Source: Bacteroidales bacterium (GTDB lineage Bacteria > Bacteroidota > Bacteroidia > Bacteroidales > JAAUTT01). Taken from it: 48,709 nucleotides of DNA. This document shows, one piece after another, positions 37,794-46,610 of this stretch; the first letter of the stretch is position 1; every line of letters starts with the position of its first letter. Under the pieces are notes generated by a model, which made no database searches, had not been told where the DNA came from, and worked only from the letters and a program-made list of their open reading frames with translations. The stretch covers positions 1-48,709 of the forward strand of contig JANXXY010000188.1 in NCBI GenBank assembly GCA_025350365.1. Reading direction: 5' to 3'. The translations under genes were made by a program, and so were the position numbers.

Positions 37794-38672
37794 ATGCTGG
37801 TTGAAATAGACAACAAATCTGGATTCTGTTATGGTGTAGTTAAAACAATTAAACTGGCCGAAGATGCGCTTGCCGAGGGGTTGGCGGTGTATTGTTTGGG
37901 GGATATTGTGCATAACGAAGAAGAAGTTGAGAGGTTGAAATCCAAAGGACTTTTAATTATCAATCGCGAGGAATTGCAGGATATTCATAATGCAAAAATT
38001 CTGATTCGCGCCCATGGCGAGCCGCCTGCCACTTATCAGACGATAGAAAATAACACCAATTTTCTTACGGACGGCACCTGCCCTATTGTTCTTCAATTAC
38101 AAAAAAAAGTACATACGGTTTGGGAAGAGATTAAAGAAAAACAAGGTCAGGTAATTATATACGGAAAAGAAGGACATGCCGAAGTTAAAGGTCTTGTTGG
38201 ACAAACTGAAGGACATGCAATTGTAATTGACAACATTAGTGATTTGGAACAAATTGATTTTTCGAAACCCGTGGCACTTTTTGCACAAACCACTCAACCA
38301 CCTGCGGGTTATGAGGACATTGCCAATGCAATTCGGCAGAACATGATGACTTATTTTCAGGTAGATAATATGCCCCTAAAAATCGTAAATTCTATTTGCG
38401 GTTATGTGTCAAAACGCGGTGAGCATTTGGCTGAGTTTTCGAAAAATTACGAAGTGGTAATTTTTGTTAGCGGCATTAATAGTTCAAACGGAAAAGTTCT
38501 TGTGGAAATTTGCCGGAAAAATAACTCAAATACCTACCTGATATCCAAACCTGAAGAACTGAACTCTGGTTGGTTCAAAAACGTCAAGTCGGTGGGAATA
38601 TGCGGAGCAACCTCAACCCCACAATGGTTGATGGAAAATATTTTACAAAAAATAAAAGATATAAATTTTTAA
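37794..38672 (+). CDS. ispH: 4-hydroxy-3-methylbut-2-enyl diphosphate reductase
   Basis: 292 aa. It shows GFCYGV (Cys1), IRAHGEPP, GTCPIV (Cys2), NSICGYV (Cys3) and SSNG. Confidence 0.9.
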   Translation: MLVEIDNKSGFCYGVVKTIKLAEDALAEGLAVYCLGDIVHNEEEVERLKSKGLLIINREELQDIHNAKILIRAHGEPPATYQTIENNTNFLTDGTCPIVLQLQKKVHTVWEEIKEKQGQVIIYGKEGHAEVKGLVGQTEGHAIVIDNISDLEQIDFSKPVALFAQTTQPPAGYEDIANAIRQNMMTYFQVDNMPLKIVNSICGYVSKRGEHLAEFSKNYEVVIFVSGINSSNGKVLVEICRKNNSNTYLISKPEELNSGWFKNVKSVGICGATSTPQWLMENILQKIKDINF

Positions 38673-38737
38673 AGTAATTTTAAGAGAAACATATAGTTAG
38701 TATTTATAGAGTAACGATTAATTTATAATTTGTTTGT

Positions 38738-39715
38738 ATGGCAAAAATTAAGAACCTGGGTGTATTAACTTCCGGCGGCGATGCTCCGGGAATGAACGCT
38801 GCAATTCGAGCCGTAACCCGTGCTGCAATTTTCAATAATATTGAGGTATTTGGTATCCGCAGGGGATATGAAGGAATGATTGATGGAGATATAGAAAAAC
38901 TTGAATCGAAGGATGTGAGCGGAATCATCCAAAAAGGCGGAACAATGCTTAAAACGGCACGTTCTGCTCGTTTCCGCACTCCTGAAGGTAGAAAGCAAGC
39001 ATATGAAAACCTTGAAAAATTTGGCATTGACGCACTTGTGGTAATTGGCGGTGACGGATCGTTTACAGGAGCCAGTATTCTCTCACAGGAATATAATATT
39101 CCGATAATCGGCATTCCGGGAACTATCGATAACGACTTGTATGGAACGGATTATACCATAGGTTACGACACCTGTTTAAATACAGTAATTGAAGCTGTTG
39201 ATAAAATTCGGGATACTGCCAGCTCCCATAATCGTATCTTTTTTATTGAGGTAATGGGTCGCGATGCAGGGTTTGTGGCTCTCGAAAGCGGCATTGCCAC
39301 TGGTGCAGAGGTTATTATGATTCCTGAAGTGAAAAATCAGATGGTCGAATTACGCGAATTTCTTTCGCAACGTGCAAAATCCAACAAATCAAGCATTATC
39401 ATATGCGCTGAAGGCGACGATGAAGGTAATGCATACGAAATTGCAAAAAAAGTAGAATCCGAATTTCCTCAATTCGACATACGAGTAACCATTTTGGGAC
39501 ACATTCAGCGCGGTGGTTCGCCATCAAGCTACGACCGGGTTTCTGCAAGCCGCATGGGCGTGGCAGCAGTGGAAGCATTGCTCGACGACCAAAAAAGCAT
39601 TATGGTAGGTTTAAGTAATGGCCAGATTGTGCATGTACCACTAAACAAAACAGTTAAAATGCACAAAGGAGTTCCTAAGAGCTTACTGGATGTAGCACAT
39701 ATTCTGGCAATATAG
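38738..39715 (+). CDS. pfkA: ATP-dependent 6-phosphofructokinase
   Basis: 325 aa. It shows LTSGGDAPGMNAAIRAV, IGGDGSF, PGTIDNDL, VMGRDAG and LGHIQRGG. Confidence 0.95.
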   Translation: MAKIKNLGVLTSGGDAPGMNAAIRAVTRAAIFNNIEVFGIRRGYEGMIDGDIEKLESKDVSGIIQKGGTMLKTARSARFRTPEGRKQAYENLEKFGIDALVVIGGDGSFTGASILSQEYNIPIIGIPGTIDNDLYGTDYTIGYDTCLNTVIEAVDKIRDTASSHNRIFFIEVMGRDAGFVALESGIATGAEVIMIPEVKNQMVELREFLSQRAKSNKSSIIICAEGDDEGNAYEIAKKVESEFPQFDIRVTILGHIQRGGSPSSYDRVSASRMGVAAVEALLDDQKSIMVGLSNGQIVHVPLNKTVKMHKGVPKSLLDVAHILAI

Positions 39716-39732
39716 AATTAGTTATAATAGAC

Positions 39733-39876
39733 ATGTTTGCATATTCGATCGTCAGAAAAATTAGTTTTCGTAAATATCGAGAAGTAAATTTACATAGATT
39801 AATAATGTGTTTAGTAATTTTTACGATCGTATTGTTAGACGGAATGTGGGCTGTCTTTAAAGAAAATAATCTGTGA
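39733..39876 (+). CDS. possible 47-aa small membrane protein (below the ORF-track length cut-off)
   Basis: Hand translation from ATG 39733 gives MFAYSIVRKISFRKYREVNLHRLIMCLVIFTIVLLDGMWAVFKENNL, ending at TGA (39874-39876). It has a basic N-terminus followed by one TM helix. There is no other support. Confidence 0.2.
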   Translation: MFAYSIVRKISFRKYREVNLHRLIMCLVIFTIVLLDGMWAVFKENNL

Positions 39877-40160
39877 CAATAATTGATTACTTTTTTTTGA
39901 AAAATGTTTAATTCTTCTTTGACAGTTTAAATATATGAATGATTTTTCAGCTTTTCCCCAATCCATGAAGGGAGAAAGCTGAGAAATCAACTTATTTCAT
40001 GCAGGAATTTAGTAAAACCAGATGATTTTTCTAAAGTGTGAAAGAAGAAATAATGTAACAATTCAAACGAAAGCTAAAGAAGATTTCGCACCAATGTTTA
40101 GCAAACAGCGGCACATATAGAATAAGGAAAATAAAAAAATAAAAATATTTTTTTATTTTG

Positions 40161-40168
40161 TATTTTTG
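40161..40168 (+). promoter_or_regulatory. candidate -7 box (TAnnTTTG) for the ImmA-DUF4411 pair
   Basis: tatttttg is an exact TAnnTTTG ending 7 nt before the ATG at 40176. That implies a leaderless or near-leaderless mRNA if it is used. Confidence 0.3.
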
Positions 40169-40175
40169 AAATTAA

Positions 40176-41354
40176 ATGGCAAACAAAGCATATATAACCC
40201 CAAATGTTCTTAAATGGGCACGAGAATCTTCAAGGATGTCCGAAGAAACTGCAGCTGCCAAAGTATTTGTTACTGAGGATAAACTTAAAGAGTGGGAATT
40301 AGGATCAAGCCAACCGACAATTAAACAGGCACAGACCTTGGCCAAGTCTTATAAACGACCATTTGCATTATTTTTTCTTCCTGAAGTTCCAAGGGACTTT
40401 CAACCTTTACAAGATTATAGAAAAAAGGGAGCAAAAGCACTTACTACTTCTTCTATTTTCATAATTAGGGAAATACAACAAAAACAGAATTGGATAAGTG
40501 ACGTTTTTGTCGAAAATAAAGAAAATAAATTGCCTTATGTAGGTAGGTTTTCGTTCAAGGACAATCCTGTTACAGTTGCAAATGACATTTTGAAAACATT
40601 AGGCATAAACCCCTTACGTTATAATACAGACAATCCCATAAGAGAATGGATATATGCAGCTGAATCAAAAGGAATATTCATTTCTCGTTCAAGTTTTATT
40701 CATTCGAGACTCAAATTAGATTCAGAAGAATTGCAAGGTTTTGCCATTTCAGACGCCTATGCACCGTTTGTTTTTGTTAATTCAGAAGATTGGAATGCTC
40801 CCCAGTTATTTACGCTTGTTCACGAACTTGCTCATGTTTGGATTGCTGAAACTGGAATTTCAAATGATGTAGAACCTGAGATAAAAAATAAAGATAAATT
40901 TCATCCTGTAGAGCTTTTCTGCAATCAAGTTGCTGCAAATGCTTTAATTCCTCATGAATTGATCTCTAATCTGGACAGCAATATTTACCAAAATGCGAGA
41001 GAAGTTTTTAAAGTTGCAAAGACCATTGGCGTGAGCTCATTTGCATTTCTGGTGAGGGCATTTAACATGAATATAATTTCAGATACAACTTATCAAAAAT
41101 TAAAACGCGAAGCTGAAATAGATTTCTCTGCTTTTCTTAAAAGAGAGTCAGAAAAAAAAGCAAAACAAAAAGATAAAATTAAGTCTGGCGAACCCAATTA
41201 TTATCTTTTACAATTGAATAGAAATAGCAGACTATTTACCCAAACTATATTGGATGCATTTCATGGTGGATTTATTGAGCCAACAGTAGCTAGTAATCTT
41301 CTTAATGTTCAGGTAAATAAATTTCGAAAATTAGAAGCACAATTATTTAAATGA
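40176..41354 (+). CDS. XRE-type HTH fused to ImmA/IrrE-family (COG2856/DUF955) zinc metallopeptidase
   Basis: 392 aa. The N-terminal HTH-like region (ITPNVLKWARESSRMSEETAA...SQPTIKQAQTLAKSYKRPFALFF) precedes an intact HExxH (LVHELAHVWI, residues 216-220, nt 40821-40835). Confidence 0.85.
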   Translation: MANKAYITPNVLKWARESSRMSEETAAAKVFVTEDKLKEWELGSSQPTIKQAQTLAKSYKRPFALFFLPEVPRDFQPLQDYRKKGAKALTTSSIFIIREIQQKQNWISDVFVENKENKLPYVGRFSFKDNPVTVANDILKTLGINPLRYNTDNPIREWIYAAESKGIFISRSSFIHSRLKLDSEELQGFAISDAYAPFVFVNSEDWNAPQLFTLVHELAHVWIAETGISNDVEPEIKNKDKFHPVELFCNQVAANALIPHELISNLDSNIYQNAREVFKVAKTIGVSSFAFLVRAFNMNIISDTTYQKLKREAEIDFSAFLKRESEKKAKQKDKIKSGEPNYYLLQLNRNSRLFTQTILDAFHGGFIEPTVASNLLNVQVNKFRKLEAQLFK

Positions 41355-41857
41355 GTACAAGAGCACTAATTTATTGTTTGGATGCCAATGTACTTATTCA
41401 GGCTTGGCAAAAATATTATTCTCCAAAATTTTGTCCTGACTATTGGGATATTCTTATTGAATTGGGTAAGAATGAAATCATTTTTATTCCTGAATTAGTT
41501 CGCGAAGAAATTATTCGAACTGAAGACAATCTTTCTAAGTGGTTAAAAAACAGCAAAATTCCTATTCGGAAAATTGTTGAAAAAGTTACAAAGTGCTTAC
41601 AAAACATCTATGCAAAAAATCAAGTTCATAAAAATTTGGTTGACAATACAAAAGCAAGATCAATAGCAGACCCATGGATAATTGCACATGCCATAAATGA
41701 AGGAGCAACTGTTGTTACAAAGGAAGAAAAAGTTACCGCATTAAATTCAAATAAGATCAAAATTCCCAACGTTTGTGATAATATGGGAGTTAGATGGATT
41801 AATGACTTTGAGTTTATTGATGAGATTGATATTAAATTTACATGCAAATTTAAATAA
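41351..41857 (+). CDS. DUF4411 family protein (PIN-like predicted nuclease)
   Basis: 168 aa. It shows IYCLDANVLIQAW, IPELVREEI, IADPWIIAHA, VVTKEEK and IPNVC...GV, the acidic-residue pattern and block order I associate with DUF4411. It overlaps the upstream gene by ATGA. Confidence 0.8.
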   Translation: MSTRALIYCLDANVLIQAWQKYYSPKFCPDYWDILIELGKNEIIFIPELVREEIIRTEDNLSKWLKNSKIPIRKIVEKVTKCLQNIYAKNQVHKNLVDNTKARSIADPWIIAHAINEGATVVTKEEKVTALNSNKIKIPNVCDNMGVRWINDFEFIDEIDIKFTCKFK

Positions 41858-41927
41858 GAAAAACACAAACAACTGCAAACACGTCCTATAAGCTATGGCG
41901 GGTTGACATCTACATCATGCATTTTTT

Positions 41928-44411
41928 ATGAACGAAAGTCCCAATCATCTTGTATTTGCCAATGTAATTCTTCCGGTTCCAATTCCAAGGCTTTTTACCT
42001 ACCTGGTTCCTGAAGAGTTGCGATCAGAAATTGCTCCTGGCAAACGAGTAATCGTTCAGTTTGGGGCAAAAAGGTTCTATTCGGCCATTGTACACCATAT
42101 TCATTTTACTCAACCGGAAGGTTATACGGTAAAAGAAATCATTTCACTGCTCGACGATAAACCAGCGGTAAATGCCATTCAACTAAAATTTTGGGATTGG
42201 ATTGCCTCCTATTATATGTGCACATTGGGAGATGTGATGAAAGCAGCTTTGCCATCGGGCTTAAAACTGGAAAGTGAAACGAAAGTCTATATTAATACAG
42301 AATTTGAAGCTCAACAACAAATTTCGGAATCGGAGGAACTAATCCTGAATTTACTTTCGCAGCGTAATATTCTGTCGGTGGAAGAAATTGCCAAATCATA
42401 TAAGAAGAAGGACTTACTAAAAGTGATAAAAAAGCTGGTTGATGATGGCGCATTAATATTGGAAGAATCGCTAAAGGACCGGTTTAAAATTAAAACAGAG
42501 ACCTTTGTAGAATTAATGCCTCATTTATACGACGAGGCTGAGCTTAAACAAGTGTTCGATATTCTTGGTAAAGCTCATAAACAGCTTCAGATTTTAATGA
42601 AGTTCATTCAACTTTCAGAAATTTACACCCCTAAACCCAAAGAAGTATCCAAAAAATCACTCCTTTCCGATTTTCCATCCGGTAATGAACTATTGAAAAG
42701 CCTGATAAAAAAAGGTGTGTTTCAAACGTATGAGAAAAAAGAACACGACGACCTTACACAACCAGGGAATGATCACAAACTAAAGCCTCTTTCGCAAGGC
42801 CAGAAGGAAGCGTTGAATAGTGTGAGAATTTCGTTCGAAAAACACCAGGTAGTTTTATTGCACGGATATACTGCCAGCGGAAAAACAGAACTCTATATCG
42901 AATTAATTAACGAGCAATTAATTGCAGGAAAGCAGGTACTTTATTTATTACCCGAAATAGCTTTAACGGCGCAAATCATAAACCGTCTGAAAGGTGCATT
43001 TGGTGAAAAAGTGGGCATCTATCATTCAAAATTCTCTGACAGTGACAGGGTTAAGGTTTGGAACGCCCTAATCGACCCGAATAAGATGAGTCAGTACCAG
43101 GTGATACTGGGTGTTAGATCATCTATTTTCCTGCCATTCACTAATCTCGGGTTAATAATAGCAGACGAGGAACACGAAAATAGCTATAAACAATTCGATC
43201 CGGCTCCGCGGTATCATGCCCGGGATGCGGCAATTGTGCTGGCACAACTTCATGGAGCTAAAACACTGCTTGGCACGGCAACACCATCTATCGAATCGTA
43301 TTACAATGCCGAAAATGGCAAATATGGAATAGTTCAACTGTTTCAGCGGTTTGCAAATGTTGAATTACCCGAAATAATGGTTGTCAATATTGAAGAAGCC
43401 CGGCAGCGAAAACAGATGAAATCTCATTTCCATCCGGTATTAATCGAAAAGATGCAAGAAGTGCTTGATCTGGGAGAACAAATCATTCTGTTTCAGAACC
43501 GCAGGGGATATTCACCTTATTTTCAATGCTCCGTTTGTAATACCATACCTAAATGTAAACATTGCGACGTTAGTCTTACATACCATAAAAATCTTGGTAT
43601 GTTAGTTTGTCATTATTGTGGTTACAGCACCTCTAAAATAATTATTTGTGAAGCGTGTGGTTCCTCGTCGCTTGTTATGCATGGCTTTGGAACTGAAAAG
43701 ATTGAAGACGAGCTTGCTCTGTTCTTTCCGGGAAAGCGAATAGCGAGAATGGATTTGGACTCCACGCGGTCGCGAAAAGCATACGAAGAAATGATTAGCG
43801 ATTTCGAAAACAGAGAACTGGATATATTAGTTGGCACACAAATGATTTCAAAAGGACTGGACTTTGACAATGTGAATTTGGTGGGTGTACTTGATGCCGA
43901 TCACCTGCTAAATTTCCCGGATTTCAGGGCTTTTGAGCGAAGTTTTCAGTTGATGTCGCAGGTTAGTGGACGTGCAGGACGAAAACACAAACAAGGGAAA
44001 GTGATCATTCAAACAACCGATCCCAAAAACTACATTATTAACGATGTAATCAATAACGACTTCCTGCACATGTACAAAATCCAATTGGCTGAGCGAAGCA
44101 CTTTTGGCTATCCGCCCTTCACGCGACTTATTCAACTTACGCTAAAACATAAAAATCAATCCATGTTGGATGAAGCTTCCTCTTATTTGGCCGATAGTTT
44201 GAGGATATCATTTGCAAACCGGGTGTTTGGTCCCGAATATCCTTTAATAAGCAGAATTAGTAACTGGTATCATAAGAATATCCTGCTAAAGATTGAACGA
44301 CAGGCGTCGTTTGCGAAAGCGAAGGAAATTGTAAGCACAAGTATTAATCAGCTCTCAGCGCATGAAACATATTATCCGGTAATAGTTCAGACGGATGTCG
44401 ACCCAATGTAG
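41928..44411 (+). CDS. priA: primosomal protein N' (replication restart helicase)
   Basis: 827 aa. It has Walker A GYTASGKTE, the DEEH box IIADEEHENSYK and Cys-rich zinc fingers (CSVCNTIPKCKHCDVSLTYH...CHYCG...CEACGS). Confidence 0.95.
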   Translation: MNESPNHLVFANVILPVPIPRLFTYLVPEELRSEIAPGKRVIVQFGAKRFYSAIVHHIHFTQPEGYTVKEIISLLDDKPAVNAIQLKFWDWIASYYMCTLGDVMKAALPSGLKLESETKVYINTEFEAQQQISESEELILNLLSQRNILSVEEIAKSYKKKDLLKVIKKLVDDGALILEESLKDRFKIKTETFVELMPHLYDEAELKQVFDILGKAHKQLQILMKFIQLSEIYTPKPKEVSKKSLLSDFPSGNELLKSLIKKGVFQTYEKKEHDDLTQPGNDHKLKPLSQGQKEALNSVRISFEKHQVVLLHGYTASGKTELYIELINEQLIAGKQVLYLLPEIALTAQIINRLKGAFGEKVGIYHSKFSDSDRVKVWNALIDPNKMSQYQVILGVRSSIFLPFTNLGLIIADEEHENSYKQFDPAPRYHARDAAIVLAQLHGAKTLLGTATPSIESYYNAENGKYGIVQLFQRFANVELPEIMVVNIEEARQRKQMKSHFHPVLIEKMQEVLDLGEQIILFQNRRGYSPYFQCSVCNTIPKCKHCDVSLTYHKNLGMLVCHYCGYSTSKIIICEACGSSSLVMHGFGTEKIEDELALFFPGKRIARMDLDSTRSRKAYEEMISDFENRELDILVGTQMISKGLDFDNVNLVGVLDADHLLNFPDFRAFERSFQLMSQVSGRAGRKHKQGKVIIQTTDPKNYIINDVINNDFLHMYKIQLAERSTFGYPPFTRLIQLTLKHKNQSMLDEASSYLADSLRISFANRVFGPEYPLISRISNWYHKNILLKIERQASFAKAKEIVSTSINQLSAHETYYPVIVQTDVDPM

Positions 44412-44689
44412 CATGCGTGAAAGAAAGTTAATGATAACAGGTATTAAAAGTACTTATAATAAAATATAGAACCAAGAACCAAGTGATCCGCTAAATTTCC
44501 AAAATGAGAGACTTTAGAAAAAACTTAAAACTGACTTTGTTAGTTAATTGAACCAAGAACGGAAGTATTGCATATTAGCAGGTTATAAAATATTAAGTCA
44601 AATTAATTTGTTGTATACAGATGGGATAATTTGGGCTCGCAGATTAAGTTTTTAATCTTAAAGGCTAATTATTTTATCGAACAAAATGA

Positions 44690-44815
44690 CATCAGAGAGG
44701 TCGAATGTTTATAGAAAAGAATACAGGAAAAAGTATATTCGACCCCAGTCGGGGGTCGGACAGCGTTGTATACAAATAATATTTCTATAAACAAATAATC
44801 CCTCTGGGATTTAAA
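44690..44815. repeat. structured REP-like element with nested and mutually exclusive inverted repeats
   Basis: Three pairings were read directly. ggtcgaat (44699-44706) pairs with attcgacc (44737-44744). cgacccc (44740-44746) pairs with ggggtcg (44752-44758) across a 5-nt loop. tgtttatagaaa (44706-44717) pairs with tttctataaaca (44782-44793). Confidence 0.45.
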
Positions 44816-45011
44816 TGCAAGGTTCTCGTTGATAAGCGTAAAATCGTGAATTTACTTCAATAAAATCCATCTTTATGATATTGTAATTCAAATGTATAAG
44901 ATTTTAACAACAGATCCTAATTAATTTTCAATTCCTAGTCAATAAATTGATCGATATTAACTCGTCTTGTTCTTTGTTCTTTTGTCCTTATATTACCTCC
45001 TCCTTTTATTA

Positions 45012-45019
45012 TATATTTG
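45012..45019 (+). promoter_or_regulatory. candidate -7 box (TAnnTTTG) for the heptose-kinase gene
   Basis: tatatttg is an exact match lying 24 nt upstream of the proposed TTG start at 45043. Confidence 0.3.
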
Positions 45020-45042
45020 CTATCAATTTAAAATTTATCATC

Positions 45043-46035
45043 TTGAAAACTGATTTTGCCAAAGTTATTGACTCATTCTCCAAATATAAAGTGATGATCA
45101 TCGGCGACGTAATGATCGATTCTTATTTGTGGGGCAAAGTGGAGCGAATTTCACCCGAAGCTCCGGTGCCCGTGGTTACCAGAACAAGTGAAGAAAACCG
45201 ATTAGGTGGAGCAGCGAACGTTGCACTTAATATTCAATCATTAGGCGCCACTCCAATTCTTTGTTCGGTAATAGGCAACGACTTACGTTCAAAAACTCTT
45301 TACGAGTTACTGGAAAATAAAAATATAACTGCTGAGGGTATCATTGAGGATAATAACAGGGTTACGACCGTTAAAACCCGCATCATCAGCAACCACCAGC
45401 AATTGCTCAGAATCGACAGGGAAATTGATCATCCGCTATCACAGGAAATGGAAATAAAATTCATCAGTCATATTTTTAAAGTACTAAATGATAATAAAAT
45501 AGATTCCATCATTTTTGAAGATTATGATAAGGGATCGATTACACCTAAAGTGATTCAACAGATTGTTGATGAAGCATGTAAACGAGGTATTCCCACTTTG
45601 GCAGATCCAAAAAAACGGAATTTTTGCGAATACAACAATACAACTCTTTTCAAACCCAATTTCAAGGAACTGAATGAAGGACTTAAGGTTGAGACCAATA
45701 AAGCAAATCCTGAAACGCTTTTCGAAGCTGCTAAAATCCTTCACGATAAAAATAATATCTCTATCATCATGATTACCCTTTCCGAAGCAGGTGTGTTTAT
45801 AAGTACAGGAAAGGGATACCGGATAATACCAGCTCATTTCCGGGCCATTGCTGATGTATCGGGAGCCGGAGATACTGTTATTAGTGTTGCCAGTCTATGT
45901 CTGGCTTCGGGTCTTGATCCATTTGAGACAGCCGCCATTTCAAATATGGCTGGTGGATTAGTGTGTGAAAAGGTGGGTGTAGTCCCAATAGACAGGGAGC
46001 TTTTGAAAGCCGAAACAGCAACACTGAAAATTTAA
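45043..46035 (+). CDS. D-glycero-beta-D-manno-heptose-7-phosphate kinase (RfaE/HldE domain I, PfkB family)
   Basis: It shows VMIIGDVMIDSYLWGKVERISPEAPVPVV, GGAANVA and DVSGAGDT. The ORF-track start (TTG 44947) adds about 32 implausible residues. I prefer TTG 45043, with ATG 45094 as an alternative. Confidence 0.75.
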   Translation: MKTDFAKVIDSFSKYKVMIIGDVMIDSYLWGKVERISPEAPVPVVTRTSEENRLGGAANVALNIQSLGATPILCSVIGNDLRSKTLYELLENKNITAEGIIEDNNRVTTVKTRIISNHQQLLRIDREIDHPLSQEMEIKFISHIFKVLNDNKIDSIIFEDYDKGSITPKVIQQIVDEACKRGIPTLADPKKRNFCEYNNTTLFKPNFKELNEGLKVETNKANPETLFEAAKILHDKNNISIIMITLSEAGVFISTGKGYRIIPAHFRAIADVSGAGDTVISVASLCLASGLDPFETAAISNMAGGLVCEKVGVVPIDRELLKAETATLKI

Positions 46036-46099
46036 CCCATCAAAATACAATAGACGGCAGGTTTCTATAAATTTTATAAATGGCGATGCCAATAAATTA

Positions 46100-46172
46100 C
46101 GGGGTATGGCGCAGTTGGTAGCGCGCGTCGTTCGGGACGACGAGGCCGTGGGTTCGAGTCCCGCTACCCCGA
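46100..46172 (+). tRNA. tRNA-Pro (anticodon CGG)
   Basis: The hand-folded cloverleaf has acceptor CGGGGTA/TACCCCG and D arm GCGC-AGTTGGTA-GCGC. The anticodon arm is CGTCG-TTCGGGA-CGACG (U33, CGG, G37). The variable loop is AGGCC, the T arm is GTGGG-TTCGAGT-CCCGC, and the discriminator is A. No CCA is encoded. Confidence 0.9.
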
Positions 46173-46173
46173 C
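46158..46173 (+). repeat. direct repeat copy 1 (tRNA-Pro 3' end, putative attL core)
   Basis: gtcccgctaccccgac is identical to 48035-48050. Confidence 0.7.
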
Positions 46174-46279
46174 TTATAAATAAATAAAATACAGTTAATT
46201 AAAGTTGGTTGTTTTTAATTATTTTTTATGTTTTATATTATGAACAAAAAGCGTATATTTGTCTGTAATATCAATCATT

Positions 46280-46609
46280 ATGAAAACTAAAAAAACTGTT
46301 TTACTCCCTTCATTACAAAAAGTACTAAATGTATTTGGAGAAAATATAAAATTGGCTCGTTTACGCAGAAAACTAAGCACAGAACAGCTTTCTGAACGAG
46401 CAAATATTAGCCGCTCAACCCTTTGGTTAATTGAAAAGGGTACTGCGGGAGTTGCAATGGGAACATACCTTCAGGTACTCTTTGTATTAGGTCTGGAAAA
46501 GGATTTTCTTCAGGTTGCAAGCGATGACACTTTAGGAAGGAAACTTCAGGATTCTGAACTCCTTGTTAAGGAAAGAGCACCCAAAAGAACTAGTATTAAA
46601 CCAGAATAA
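46280..46609 (+). CDS. hipB: XRE-family HTH antitoxin (HipB-like)
   Basis: I take the start at ATG 46280 (MKTKKTVLLPSLQKVL...). The HTH reads LARLRRKLSTEQLSERANISRSTLWLIEKG. The stop lies 1 nt before the hipA ATG. Confidence 0.8.
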   Translation: MKTKKTVLLPSLQKVLNVFGENIKLARLRRKLSTEQLSERANISRSTLWLIEKGTAGVAMGTYLQVLFVLGLEKDFLQVASDDTLGRKLQDSELLVKERAPKRTSIKPE

Positions 46610-46610
46610 T

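Noticed and set aside
38704-39114. 136-aa ORF antisense to pfkA (and the nested 38765-38998 ORF)
   Set aside because: It overlaps the N-terminal third of an unmistakable 6-phosphofructokinase. The P/S/I-rich translation shows no recognisable features.
44947-45042. N-terminal 32-codon extension of the heptose-kinase ORF given in the ORF track
   Set aside because: The track start is itself a TTG. The extension (IDINSSCSLFFCPYITSSFYYIFAINLKFII) has no counterpart in RfaE/HldE kinases as I remember them, and it would overlie the candidate -7 box at 45012-45019.
46563-46610. Upstream start of the HipA ORF overlapping hipB by 47 nt
   Set aside because: The ATG at 46611 gives MQIRNQQREILVY... directly after the hipB stop, which is the usual hipBA junction. 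The upstream start is non-ATG and lies inside hipB coding sequence.
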